DNA from: Squalus acanthias | Taxonomy: Eukaryota | DNA length: 64,000 nt | Direction: 5' to 3' | Assembly: GCA_030390025.1 (NCBI GenBank) | Contig: CM059432.1 | Coordinates: forward strand, 10,168,001-10,232,000 | Shown: piece by piece, positions 24,194 through 37,172 of the stretch | Layout: each line of letters opens with the position of its first letter | Position numbering within the stretch: the stretch's first letter is position 1 | Program-made: the position numbers and the translations under genes | The notes under the pieces: model-generated | Told to the model about the DNA's origin: nothing | Database searches by the model: none | The model's input: the letters and a program-made list of their open reading frames with translations, nothing else

Positions 24194-24977
24194 GGTCATT
24201 TTAACCCCCCAAAACTGGTGGGTTTGGGTCGGGTGGGACATCAAAAAAATGTTAAAATCTCAAACCCGAACTCAACCCTTCTCGAACCCGACCACTTCCG
24301 GTTTTAACACAGAGGCAGGACGAGGGGGTGGGCGACCAACCAGCTCTCAGGATGCGGGTCACTCATTTAAATATTTCAATGAGGCTTCATGCCTCAGATT
24401 TTATCTCCATTTTAGGTTTAACCCTGGCTGGCTTGGTTGCCGGGGAGGAGGGAAACCCGGCAATGAAAGGGAGGCGAGGACTGTTGCATGGAAGAGGTAA
24501 GCGCCTTTACAGCACTGTTTGTGGGCTAGGAGGAGCAGGAGTGCTTCCCCCCCCGCCCACCCCGGACCCCCCCACCCAAGCTAACCTGCTTCTCTCCCTG
24601 CAATCGGACCCCTGGCCATGATATCACTGAGACCCCGCCCACAGTCTCCAACCTCCCCACCGCACACACGATCGGACAGCCCCCACCCTTGATCACCGAC
24701 CCCACCCCCCCCGACCCCCCATTTCTGCCCCAAATTACCCACCGACCCTACAAGCCACTCCGTACCCACCCACCGCACGGTCCCCCCACCCACCCCCTGC
24801 CATCTCTAAGCCAACAGTACGAACCTACCTGCTCCTGGGGCTGCGGCCTCTTCCGCAGCGTTCCGCACCCGACAGGGAGCCGATCCTGTCAAACACTCCG
24901 CATTTGTGAAAACCCGGACTTCTGACCAGAACTCCTCCCCGCCCCCCCCCCCACCCCCAACTTGGAAATCCCACCCC
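24194..24977. mobile_element. GC-rich non-autonomous DNA element
   Basis: Homologous to 6041-6958. Confidence 0.65.
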
Positions 24978-25981
24978 TGTAAAGAGTGGGGCCGTAGGCT
25001 TTGCAGTGCTTTTCCACTTTTTAGTGCTAGGTTTACAATTTAAAACATAAAGGAACATTCCTGCCAGATGTTGTCAGTGGCTCGTGACACCATTGCATCA
25101 CTGGTCTCGTAACTGGGCACAATTGTTTTTACTAATCTGATTTGCAAGACACTAGTGTCCTGCTAAATCTTTCAGGCTGTTAGACTTGTGTTTCAAATCT
25201 GCTGTCGTATTAAAAAGGAAAGGGGAGAAAATCAGTATGGCCCCGTTTGGGACGCTAAAACTCTAAGGGGGAAAAATTCGGTTGCTTTGCGCCTCCCATT
25301 AGCGCGGGCGCTAATGGGGAACAAAGCAACTAGCGCCCGGGTGCGGCGATGTTTGCGCCGCTCGCGAAATTGACCAGACATTTTGTGGCGGCACTAAACA
25401 ATACCGCCACGATCTCCTGCACCCGCAGATCGTGACATCAGTCGAGCGTGCAACGCCCCGGTAGCGCCCTGGACTGGATATTGAGTGGCGCCCCCTGCCT
25501 TTCCGCCTGCCGCTAGCAATGACAGGTTGAGGGGAGCGTTTTGCAGTCAGGAAGGGACTGGGGGAGCGCTATTTAAAGGCGGCCGCTTCCTGCCTTTTTT
25601 TGTCGGCAACATTTTTGCACCACGCATTCTGAGAGAGAGAGAGAGAGACTTCTGGAGAGATTCAACGCTGTGTGAAGGAGTTTTGGGCACTGAGCAGCAC
25701 TTTGCAGGTTCATTTTGATTTGACCTTCTTTGCATCGATTTAGAAGAGACTGTGGGGGCTGCACTCTGAGCTCTTTCCCTGGGCCTCTCCATTGTTCTTT
25801 CCAGCAGATTTGATGTACAGGTCTCTCCAGGCTGAGATTCAAGGCTGCAATGAGCAGGATGTGGATGGAGAGCAAGATCGACCCTCCCCTTTAAGAACTG
25901 GCCGGCGTCAGCATGTCTGTAATAACAACAGAAAACGCTGGAAAAACACAGCAGGCCAGGCAGCATCCGTGGCGAGAGAAA

Positions 25982-26022
25982 CAGAGTTAACATTTCAGGT
26001 CGAAGACCTTTCGTCAGAACTG
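25982..26022 (-). ncRNA. Minimal type I hammerhead ribozyme (stem III variant AUGU)
   Basis: cagtt CTGACGA a aggtc ttc gacct GAAA tgtt aactctg. Confidence 0.65.
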
Positions 26023-26340
26023 GAAAAAAGCAGGAAATGAAATAGATTTTAAAGCAAGTTTAGGGCTGGGAAAAGGGGAGGGGATGAATGAACAAAAGGG
26101 AAGGACAGTGATGGGATAGAAAGCAGGAGAGATTAAGAGACATTGAGAGACATTAAGAGATATTCAAGGCAAGAGGAGGTGGTAATGTGATAGGTTGAGG
26201 AACAAAGGATGGCTCTAGATGAAGTGCTGGCAGAATGAAGGACAGCTGCCAGCTTCTGGGAGGGAAGAAAAAAAAGGCCAAACAAAAGGGTGGATAAAAA
26301 AATAAAATAAAAATATATATATATGCAATGGGGGCCGGGG

Positions 26341-26953
26341 TTATGATCTGAAATTGTTGAACTCTATGTTGAGTCCAGAGGGCTGTAAAGTGCCTAATCG
26401 AAAGATGAGGTGCTGTTCCTCGAGCATCCGCTGAGCTTCATTGGAACAATGCAAGAGGCCGAGGACGGTGAGGTCAGAGTGGGAGTGGAGCGGAGAATTA
26501 AAGTGACAGGCGACCGGGAGCTCGGGGTCCCCCTTACGGACTGAACGGAGGTGTTCCGCAAAGCGGTCACCCAATCTGCGTTTGGACTCCCCAATGTACA
26601 GGAGACCACATCGTGAGCAGCGAATACAGTATACTAAATTGCAGGAAGTACAAGTAAATCGCTGTTTCACCTGGAAGGGGTGTTTGGGGCCCTGGACAGT
26701 GGGAAGGGGGGAGGTATAAGGGCATGTGTTGCATCTCCTGCGCTTGCACGGGAAGGTGCCGGGCGAAGGGGAAGGGGTGCTGGGGGTGGTAGAGGAGTGG
26801 ACTAGGGTGTCGCGGAGGGAGCGGTACCTGCGGAATGCTGAAAGGGAAGTGAGGGGAAGATGCGTTTGGTGGTAGGATCACGCTGGAGGTGTCGGAAATG
26901 GCGGAGGATGATCCGTTGAATGTGGAGGCTGGTGGGGTGAAAGGTGAGGACAA
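26341..26953 (-). pseudogene. Penelope C-terminal region with GIY-YIG endonuclease
   Basis: FTCTSCNLVYCIRCSRCGLLYIGESKRRLGDRFAEH...CHF...LEEQHLIFRLGTLQPSGLN. Confidence 0.9.
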
Positions 26954-26965
26954 CTTCCTGGCACC

Positions 26966-27517
26966 ATGGGTGGCTCTGCTGCACAGGCTGGGAGGAAAAA
27001 GTGTGGAAGAGCTATAGTGATAGGGGATTCAATTGTAAAGGGAATAGATAGGCGTTTCTGCGGCTGCAAACGAGACTCCAGGATGGTGTGTTGCCTCCCT
27101 GGTGCAAGGGTCAAGGACATCTCGGAGCGGCTACAGAACATTTTGGAGGGGGAGGGCGAACAGCCAGTTGTCGTGGTGCTCATAGGCATCAACGATATAG
27201 GTAAAAAATGGGATGAGGTCCTAAAAGCAGAATATAGGGAGTTAGGAGGTAAATTAAAAAAAACGACCTCAAAGGTAGTAATCTCAGGATTGCTACCAGT
27301 GCTACGTGCTAGTCAGAGTAAAAATAGGAGGATATTTCAAATGAATACGTGGCTAGAGGAATGGTGCAAGGGGGAGGGATTCAAATTCCTTGGACATTGG
27401 AACCGGTTCTGGGGGAGGTGGGACCAGTACAAACGGGACGGTCTGCACCTGGGCAGGGCCGGGACCGATGTCCTAGGGGGAGTGTTTGCTCGTGCTGTTG
27501 GGGAGGGTTTAAACTAA
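26966..27517 (+). pseudogene. CR1 ORF1 SGNH-esterase domain (5'-truncated)
   Basis: GDSIV, LPGARV, GIND and DGLHL motifs. Confidence 0.88.
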
Positions 27518-27639
27518 AGTGGAAAGGGGTTGGGAACCTGAGCAGGGAGACAGAGGAAAGGGAAACAAGGATAAAAGCTAAAGACAGGAAGGAGAAAAAT
27601 AAAAGTAGAAGGCAAAGACCTCAACGGTTTAAAGCAAAC

Positions 27640-30501
27640 ATGGTCACAGTAAATAATAATTCATATAGGTCTGAGAGCGTTAAAAAAACAAGCCTGAAGG
27701 CTTTGTGTCTTAATGCAAGGAGCATTCGGAACAAGGTGGATGAATTAGCTGCGCAAATAGTGGTAAATGAATACGATTTGATTGGGGTTACAGAAACATG
27801 GCTCTAGGGTGGCCAAGGCTGGGAACTCAACATCCAGGGTTATTCAATATTTAGGAAAGATAGGCAAAAAAGAAATGGAGGTGGGGTAGCATTGCTGGTT
27901 AAAGAGGGGATTAACACAATTGAAAGGAAGGATATTAACTCTGATGATGCGGAATCTGTATGGGTAGAACTGAGAAATAACAAGGGCCAGAAAACGTTAG
28001 TGGGAGTGGTATATAGACCTCCAAACAGTAATACAGAGGTTGGGGACGGCATTAAAAGGGAAATTAGAGAAGCATGCAGTAAGGGCACAGCAGTCATCAT
28101 GGGTGACTTTAATTTACATATAGATTGGGCTAACCAAATTAGTAAAAATACTGTGGAGGAGGAATTCCTAGAATGTTTACGGGATGGTTTTCTGGAACAA
28201 TATGTCGAGGAACCAACCAGAGATCAGGCCATCTTAGACTGGGCATTATGTAACGAGAAAGGATTAATTAGCAATCTTGTTGTACGAGGCCCCTTGGGTC
28301 AGAGTGATCATAATATGATAGAATTCTTCATTAGGATGGAGAGTGAAGTAGTTGAATCAGAGACTAGGGTCCTGAATTTAAATAAAGGAAACTACGATGG
28401 TATGAGGCGCGAATTGGGTAGGATTGATTGGGGAATGTCACTCAAGGGATTGACGGTGGATAGGCAATGTCAAACATTCAAAGACTGCATGGATGAACTA
28501 CAGAATTTGTTCATCCCAGTGTGGCATAAGAATAAAACAAAAAGGGTGACTCAACCGTGGCTAACTAGGGAAATTAGGGATAGCATAAGATTCAAGGAGA
28601 GGGCATATAAATTGGCCAGAAAAAGCGGTAACCCTGAGGATTGGGAGCAGTTTAGGATTCAACAAAGGAGGACAAAGGGATTAATTAAGAAGGGGAAAAT
28701 AAAATATGAAAGTAAGCTTGCTGGGAACATAAAAACTGACTGTAAGAGCTTTTATAGATATGTGAAGAGAAAAAGATTAGTGAAATCAAGTGTAGGTCCC
28801 TTGCAGTCAGAAGCGGGGGAAGTTATAACGGGGAACAAAGAAATGGCAGACCAATTAAATGCATATTTTGGTTCTGTCTTCACAAAGGAGGACACAAATA
28901 ACCTCCCAGAGATGTTGGAGAACATACGGTCTGATGAATAGGAGGAACTGAAAGAAATCAGTATTTGCAGGGAAATGGTGTTAGGGAAATTGACGGGATT
29001 GAAGGCCGATAAATCCCCAGGGCCTGATAATCTACATCCTAGGGTACTTAAAGAAGTGGCCCTAGAAATAGTAGATGCATTGCTGATCATCTTCCAACAT
29101 TCGATGGAATCTGGAACTGTACCCATGGATTGGAGGGTAGCTAATGTTACCCCACTATTCAAAAAGGGTGGTAGAGATAAAGTGGGGAATTACAGACCGG
29201 TAAGCCTGACATCGGTAGTGGGGAAAATGCTAGAGTCCATTATAAAGTATGTAATAGCTGAGCACTTGAAAAACAGTGACAGGATCGAACAAAGTCAACA
29301 TGGATTTACAAAAGGTAAATCGTGCTTGACTAATCTACTGGAATTTTTTGAGGATGTAACTGGGAAAATAGATAAGGGAGAACCAGTAGATGTGGTGTAT
29401 TTGGACTTTCAAAAGGCTTTCGATAAGGTCCCGCATAAGAGATTAGCGTGTAAAGTTAAGGCACATGGGATTGGGGGCAAGGTATTGACTTGGATAGAGA
29501 ACTGGTTGGCGGACAGAAAGCAGAGAGTAGGAATTAATGGGTCTTTTTCCGAGTGGCAAGCAGTGACTAGTGGGGTACTGCAGGGATCGGTCCTTGGACC
29601 CCAGCTATTCACAATATACATTAATGATCTAGATAAGGGAACTAAATGTAATATCTCCAAGTTTGCAGATGACACAAAGCTGGGTGGGAGTGTGTGCTGC
29701 GAGGAGGATACCGAGAAACTCCAGGATGATTTGGACAGGTTGGGTGAGTGGGCAGAAGCGTGGCAGATGCAATATAACGTGGATAAATGTAAGGTTATCC
29801 ACTTTGGTGTCAAAAACAGAAAGGCAGACTATTATCTGAATGGCAATAGATTGGGAGAAGGGGAAATGCAACAAGACCTGGGTGTCCTTGTGCACCAGTC
29901 GCTGAAAGTAAGCATGCAGGTGCAGCAGGCGGTGAAGAAGGCAAATGGTATGTTGGCCTTCATAGCGAAAGGGTTTGAGTATAGGAACAGGGATGTCCTG
30001 CTGCAGTTGTACAGGGCCTTTGTGAGACCACACCTTGAGTACTGTGTGCAGTTTTGGTCGCCTTATCTGAGGAAGGATGTTCTTGCCATGGAAGGAGTTC
30101 AGCGAAGATTCACAAGGCTGATACCTGGGATGGCAGGAATGACATATGAGGAGAGATTGGGTCGATTGGGCTTATACTCGCTGGAGTATCGAAGAATGAG
30201 AGGGGATCTCATCGAAACATATAAAATTCTGACAGGTCTGGACAAACTAGATGCAGGAAGAATGTTCCCGATGGTCGGAGAGTCCAGAACCAGGGGTCAT
30301 AATCTAAGGATAACAGGTAAGCCATTTAGGACAGAAATGAGGAAGAATTTCTTCACCCAGAGAGTGGTGAACCTGTGGAATTCTCTACCACAGAAGGTAG
30401 TTGAGGCCAAGTCATTAAATATATTCAAGAATGAGTTAGATATATTTCTTAAAGCTAAAGGTATCAAGGGATATGGGGAGAAGGCAGGTACAGGGTACTG
30501 A
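27640..30501 (+). pseudogene. CR1 ORF2 APE+RT, single frame with two in-frame TAG stops
   Basis: ORFs 27349-27807, 27892-28941 and 28975-30501 share one frame; stops at 27805 and 28939. Confidence 0.92.
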
Positions 30502-30600
30502 GTTTGGATGATCAGCCATGATCTCATCGAATGGCGGAGCAGGCTCGAGGGGCCGAATGGCCTACTCCTGCTCCTATCTTCTATGTTTCTATGTTTCTAT

Positions 30601-31790
30601 GACAAGGGGAACTCTATCGTGGTTCCGGGAGGGAGGGGCAGGGGTGAGGGCAGAAGTGCGGGAGATAGAATGGACACGGTCGAGGGCCGTGTCAACCACA
30701 GTAGAGGGGAATCCTTGGTTGAGGAAAAAGGAAGACATGTCGGAAGCACTGGTATGGAAGGTGGCATCGTCAGAGCAGATGTGGCGGAGACGGAGAAACT
30801 GTGAGAATGGAATAGAGTCCTTACAGGAGGCAGGGTGGGAGGAAGTGTAGTCCAGGTAGCTGTGGGAGTCAGTGGGCTTGTAGTGAATGTTGGTCAATAA
30901 CCTATCCCCAGAGATGGAGACAGAGAAGTCGAGGAAGGGAAGGGAAGAGTCGGGGATGGACCATGTAAAGGTGAGGGAAGGCTGGAAATTGGAAGCATAG
31001 TGAATGAAATTTTCTAGTTCAGGGCGAGAGCAGGAGACGGCACCGATACAGTCATCAATGTACCAGAAAAAGAGGTGAGGGAGGGGACCCGAGTTGGACT
31101 GGAACAAAGAGTGTTCCACATATCCCACGAAAAAGCAGGCATAGCTAGGACCCATGCGGGTACCCATAGCAACACCTTTGATTTGGAGGAAATGACTGGA
31201 GTCAAAGGAGAAGTTGTTCAATGTGAGAACAAGTTCAGCCAGGCGGAGGAGGGTGGTGGTGGATGGGGACTGGTTGGGCCTCTGTTCAAGGAAGAAGCGG
31301 AGCGCCCTCAGGCCATCCTGGTGGGGAATGGAGGTGTAGAGGGATTGGACGTCCATAGTGAAAAGGAGGCGGTTGGGGCCGGGAAACTGGAAACTGTTGA
31401 AGTGGTGGAGGGCATCAGAAGAGTCGCAGATGTAGGTGGGAAGAGACTGGACAAGGGGAGAAAAAATAGAGTCGAGATAGTAAGAGATAAGTTCCGTGGG
31501 GCAAGAACAGGCGGAAACGATGGGTCTACCAGGGCATTCCTGTTTGTGGATCTTGGGAAGGAGGTAGAAGTGGGCTGTGCGGGGTTGGGGAACTATGAGG
31601 TTGGTGGCCGTGGGGGGACGATCTCCAGAGGAGATGAGGTCAGTGACAGTCTTGGAAACGGTGGCTTGATGTTCGGTAGTGGGGTCATGGTCCAGTTGGA
31701 GGTAGGAGGAGGTGTCGGAGAGTTGGCGTTCAGCTTCCGCAAGGTAGAGGTCGGTTCGCCAAACAACAACAGCACCACCCTTGTCAGCAG
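30601..31790 (-). pseudogene. Penelope-type reverse transcriptase
   Basis: DKGGAVVVW, MDVQSLYTSIPH, QIKGVAMGTRMGPSYA and YIDD motifs. Confidence 0.9.
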
Positions 31791-31920
31791 GTCTCTCAAT
31801 GTCTCTTAATCTCTCCTGCTTTCTATCCTATCACTGACCTTCCCTTTTGTTCTTTCATCCCCTCCCCCTTTTCCCAGCCCTACACTTGCTTTAAAATCTA
31901 TTTCATTTCCTGCTTTTTTC

Positions 31921-31961
31921 CAGTTCTGACGAAAGGTCTTCGACCTGAAACGTTAACTCTG
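31921..31961 (+). ncRNA. Minimal type I hammerhead ribozyme
   Basis: cagtt CTGACGA a aggtc ttc gacct GAAA cgtt aactctg; palindromic ACGU stem III and GUU cleavage triplet. Confidence 0.75.
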
Positions 31962-33524
31962 TTTCTCTCTCCACGGATGCTGCCTGGCCTGCTGAGTTTT
32001 TCCAGTGTTTTCTGTTGTTATTTCGGATTTCCAGCATCCGCAGTATTTTGCTATCGTCAGTGCGTCTGTGTTCCATTGCTGACTGACATCACATGAGCTT
32101 CGCCAGCGCTCTGAGGTAGCGCCTCGCTCCTCGGTGTTAGCGCCTTAAGAGAGGTGTGTAGCGCCTGATTTAGCGCTCCAATCACCCCAGGGGCGATAGA
32201 AGCCAAGTTTGCAGTCGGAGGCGATAATTAGCGGCAGGCGCTAAACTTTGCGCCCGGCCGATAATTGCGCCCCAAACGGGGCGATACTGAATTTCTCCCC
32301 CTAAAAGTTGAAAAATTAGCACCAGGCACTAATCATTCTTGCCTCCCGCGAAATTCAGTTTTAGGACTCCATGAGGGAAGTGGAGCGCTAAATCAAGCGC
32401 CAACCACTTCTCTTAGGGCGCTAAAGTCAGAGAGCGGGGCGTTAGCGGCTAATCGCTAAAACAATTTCGAGCGCATTGTAACCGGCACTCACAGAGGCTG
32501 CTTCCCTCGCTTAAAGGGAAAGGCCAATGATGCTGCTCAAGCTAGTTCTGTTTTGCAAGGCGACCTGGGCGACTGCCATTACAGCCCCAAACACTCTCAC
32601 AAAGTGGAGGGCTTGGACATCTTGCACCAGCGAAACATTGAAAACTTTGCGCAGGCACCAGACTGGTGCACATAATAAAGGTTGCGCTGGCTGAAAAGCA
32701 TTCCCTTTAATTACCGCTCCCGAAGTGGCCAGCCGAGTTCACAACGCCTCCTCTCGCTGGTGTTGTTGGCGCGAGGCGATAAAGCAGGGGGCGCGAGGCA
32801 ATTCTCCATCCGGGGCGATAACGGGGCGCCACGCACTTTATGACGTTACGATCTGCGAGGCGCTAGAGGCCCGGGCACTAAGAGCTAGCGCCAGCGCTAA
32901 ACCGACACTGAAGTTCGCGGCGTCGCTGCATTCTCCGCACTCAGGCGCTAACCCCTTAGCACCCCGTTAGCACCCCCGCCAGGCGCTAACGGGAGGCGCT
33001 AAGACCCGAATTTCGCGTCTTTCACAACCTCAGGACACCCCACAGCACTTTACAGCCAATGAAGTACTTTTGAAGTGTAGTCACTGTTGTAACACAGGGA
33101 ACCGACCACATATCCATCATTCGGCTCAAGTCCTTTCTCCATTCACGGTGAATGTGACTTCCCTCTTCTCAGGTGATTTACAGCTTTATTGAATAGGGTG
33201 TCACTTACTTCATCAACTTTATCACAGCTTACCATTGAATATACTTTCATCACTGCAGTAGATTTATAAACATTAGCGGTTGCTTCCAAATCCTCAAACT
33301 CCTTAGACAGAGGACCATCACTGGTAATGATTTCCCGTAGTCAGATATATCATAGTGATGCTGTGCACAAATTGGCGTTTCTTACATTACAACAGTGACT
33401 ACACTTCAAAAATTGGCCGTAAAGCGCTTTGGGACGTCCGGAGGTCGTGAAAGGCGCTATAAATAAATGCAAGTCTTCTTTCTTTCTTTCATGTGACAAC
33501 CTGTCTCAGCTGCGATGCCTGTTT

Positions 33525-34037
33525 TTATTTATTCGTATATGGGATGTGGGCGTCGCTGACAAGGCCAGCGTTTATTGCCCATCCCTAATTGCGCCTCGAG
33601 TAGCTGGTGGTGAGCCGCCTTCTTGAACCGCTGCAGTCCGTGTGGTGAAGGTTCTCCCACAGTGCTGTTAGGGAGGGAGTTCCAGGATTCTGACCCAGCG
33701 ACGATGAAGGATCGGCCGATATACTTCCAAGTCAGGATGGTGTGTGACTTGGAGGGGAACTTGGAGGTGGTGGTGTTCCCGTGCGCCTGCTGCCCTTGTC
33801 CTTCTAGGTGGAAGAGGTCGCGGGTTTGGGAGGTGCTGCCGAAGAAGCCTTGGCGAGTTGCTGCAGTGCATCTTGTAGATGGTACACACTGCAGCCACGG
33901 TACGCCGGTGGTGGAGGGAGTGAATGTTTAAGGTGGTGGATGGGGTGGCTGCTTTGTCCTGGATGGTGTCGAGCTTCTTGAGTGTTGTTGGAGCCGCACT
34001 CATCCAGGCAAGTGGAGAGTATTCCGTTACACTCCTG
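33525..34037 (-). mobile_element. CR1-group LINE (second family) 3' end
   Basis: Matches 16195-16700. Confidence 0.82.
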
Positions 34038-35077
34038 TTCTATATGGACAGACTGAAGCCTTGATTTTAAGCTAACACCGCACCCCCAACCCCCAGCAGA
34101 AATGGGGCGGGTTTACGCCGGACGTCCGTTTTTACACCATGCTCGATTTTGCTTTCTTTTTTTCTTTCCTTCCACAAATAACAGGACAAATCCATCTGCC
34201 TACTCCCAATCAAGGTTCTCTCTGGATCTCCCTCCCGCGCAGCCGGCTCACCGGCTTTCAAATGGAGAAACCGCGCATGCGCGGAGTTTTGAATGGGCCC
34301 GCGCAGCCCGTTAAAGGGGCCCCGCAAAAAATTAAAGGGAACATTGCTCCCAGTCATCAGCAACGTGATGGAAGGTGTCGTCAACAGTGCTAGCAAGAGG
34401 CATTTACTCAACGATAACCTGCTCACCGATGCTCAGTTTGCATTCCGCCAGGACCACTCAGCACCTGACCTCATTACAGTCGTGGTTCAAATGTGGACAC
34501 AAGAGCTGATTGCCAGCGACGCCCACATGCCAAGAAAGAATAAAAAATAAAATTAGTCTCCAATGTTGAAGGTGGGTATATAGCTGAAATATTGACCTGT
34601 ATTTTACTTCTAACAGATGTGGACTGACCTGCTGGTCACCTTCGAGCATTTTTTCAGTTTTTCTTTCCGATCTTAGATTCTCAGCTTTATTCTTTTATCC
34701 AACGTTCCCCAGTGGTACGTGGGAATGTGCCGACATTGGGGTGAGGAGGAGATGAAATAGCCTGCCTACGCTCACTGTTGAGGTTCATACATAAATAATA
34801 ACAACATCAGCAGGCTACAGAAAGGCGCCCACCACCCATGGAACTGTAACCCTAGTGAGCGGTCAATAGCTACAGTAGAGAGAACATTCAAATTGTTCGG
34901 GAAAAAAAATTCAACATTTAGCAACACATTACATCTATCACGTCTTTGATCCACAGACATTGGCAGCGCGCTGTCATATTTATAATTCTCCGGGTCCCAT
35001 TTTCCTCTAGATTGGCTGAAACTTCATATTCACGAAAGAATAAAGCATTACTTAAGAGGTGGGTATGCACCAAAAGA

Positions 35078-35520
35078 AAGACTTGCATTTATACAGCGCC
35101 GTTCACAACCACCAGACGTCCCAAATAAGCTTTACAGCACTTTTTGAAGTGTAGTCACTGTTGTAATGCAGGAAACACCTATTTGCGCACAGCAAGCTCC
35201 CACAAACAGCAATGTGATAATGACCAGATAACCTGTTTTAGTGACGTTGATTGAGGGATAAATATTGGCCAGGCTAACTCCCCGGCTCTTCTACAATATA
35301 GTGGCCATGGGTTCTTTTACATCCACCTGAGAGAGCAGACAGGGCCTCGGTTTAATGTCTCATCCAGGAAGGCGGCACCTCCAACAGTGCAGCGCTCCCT
35401 CAGCACTGCACTGGGGTGTCAGCCTGTGATTTTGTGCTCAAGTCTCTGGAGTGGGACTGTGAACTCACAACCTTCTGACTCAGAGGTGAGGGTGCTGCCC
35501 ATTGAGCCATGGCTGACACT
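35078..35520 (-). mobile_element. Full-length SacSINE1/DeuSINE-like SINE
   Basis: tRNA-like head, conserved central domain and L2-like 3' tail; many copies in the window. Confidence 0.75.
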
Positions 35521-36159
35521 TCAGTTAACGAGAAGTAAACAGGAACGAAAGCCACCAACCATGTAGTTCAAAAAAAACTACTGAATCAAGAATCTGCAGT
35601 CAGCAAACAGCCACCAATAGCAAAAGACAGAAGGCGAGGCAATTAAGTTGCCCCAAATATTTTGGAAATTCCTTTCAGCAACCATCTTGCTTTTGTTCAC
35701 TAAGCTGAGGACTTGTTTCTGGAAATAAGATTTGTAATGAAATTTTTAAAATTACAAATTTTACAAGAAAGTGCGAGCATTTTCCTGTACAATACTATTT
35801 TCTGTCTCAGCAATGCCTCTGACAATGCATCTACCTGAGGCCTGTGCCTCTATGAGAAGCCTGAACATTGAGTTCATGCAGTTTGTCAGAGCTATCGCTG
35901 AAGAAACCCAACAAGGTCACGCAAGCTACAGATTCTCAGCTCGTATCTGCACTAAAACTTCCAAAAATATATATATTATTAACAGAAAGACTGGACATTC
36001 ACACCGCACGCCAGGACTTGCTGTTTGTCAGCCCCATCCCTTCCTGTGCTTGGGACAATCACTGTTGACTGAAAAAGAAAACCACGAGGGAAATAGTTTT
36101 TAGGAGCAACAAGAGTCGCCAGAATTTGAGGGTACCTTCTCAGATGCTTTCTGAAAGTC

Positions 36160-37172
36160 CTTCTTCCTTCTTCTTAGGCAGTCCCTCGGAACCGAGGATG
36201 ACTTGCTTCCACATTAAAAATGAGTTCGCAGGTGACTGATGAGTCCAATGCGGGACCTACAGTCTCTGTCACAGGGTGGGGCAGACGGTGGTTGAAGGGG
36301 CGGGTGGGTGGGGTGCTTGGGTTGACGTGCGCTCCTTGCGCTGCCAGCGCTTGGCTTCCGCTTGCTCCCGGCGAAGAGACTCGAGGTGTTCGGCACCTTC
36401 CTGGATGCTTCTCCTCCACTTTGAGCGGTCTTGGGCCAGGGATTCCCAGGTGTCGGTGGGGACGTTACACTTTTTCAAGGAGGCTTTGAGGGTGTCCTTG
36501 AAGCGTTTCCTCTGCCCACCTGGGGCTCTCTTGCCGTGCCAGGAGCTCCAAGTGGAGCACTTGTTTTGGGAGTCTCGTATCGGGCATGCGGACAATGTGA
36601 CCTGTCCATCGGAGCTGATCAAGCGTGGTCAAAGCGTCGATGCTGGGGATGTTGACCTGAGCAAGAACACTGACGTTGGTGCACCTATCCTGCCAATGGA
36701 TTTGCAGGATCTTGCGGAGGCAGCGTTGGTGGTACCTCTCCAGTGCTTTGAGGTGCCTGCTGTACATGGTCCATGTCTCTGAGGCATACAACAGGGAAGG
36801 TATCACTGCTGCTCTGTGGACCATGAGCTTAGTGCCGAGTTTGAGGTCCTGGTCTTCAAACACTCTCTTCCTCAGGCGACCGAAGGCTGCACTGGCACAC
36901 TGAAGGCGGTGTTGGACTTCGTCATCGATGTCTGCCCTTGTTGACAGTAGGCTCCTGAGGTATGGAAAGTGGTCCACGTTGTCCAAGGCCTTGTCGTGAA
37001 TTTTGATAATCGGGGGGCAGTACTGTGTGGCGGGGGCAGGTTGGTAGAGGACCTTTGTCTTACGGATGTTTAGTGTAAGGCCCATGCTCTCGTACGCTTT
37101 GGTGAAGGTGTTGACGATGGTTTGGAGTTCGACCTCCGAGTGAGTGCAGACGCAAACGTCGTCTGCATACTG
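36160..37172 (-). mobile_element. RTE-clade LINE 3' portion
   Basis: QYADD, LDNVDHFPYL.SLLS, ASAAFGRLRKRVF and LLYASETWT motifs; (gaa)n-like tail. Confidence 0.88.

Larger units (their letters stand above)
26954..30600 (+). mobile_element. Young 5'-truncated CR1 inserted in the Penelope element
   Basis: GACAA duplicated at 26949-26953 and 30601-30605; (tttctatg)n tail. Confidence 0.95.
25921..32054 (-). mobile_element. Penelope-like element with inverted terminal repeats, split by a CR1
   Basis: PLE RT and GIY-YIG endonuclease. Inverted repeats at about 25921-26150 and 31790-32022. Roughly 15-bp target duplication cgtcagcatgtctgt/cgtcagtgcgtctgt. Confidence 0.9.
25267..32301. mobile_element. 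Inner Harbinger-like MITE (own sequence 25267-25920 and about 32055-32301)
   Basis: Colinear with 2585-3485. TSD TAA at 25264-25266 and 32302-32304. Confidence 0.85.
25222..33019. mobile_element. Outer Harbinger-like MITE (own sequence 25222-25266 and 32302-33019)
   Basis: Starts ggggagaaaatcagtatggccccgtttggg, the reverse complement of the inner MITE end. Resumes after the TAA TSD and ends ccgaatttcgcgtc. Confidence 0.65.

Noticed and set aside
31075..31809. 244-aa plus-strand ORF
   Set aside because: Antisense shadow of the Penelope RT; Gly/Val-rich with no motifs.
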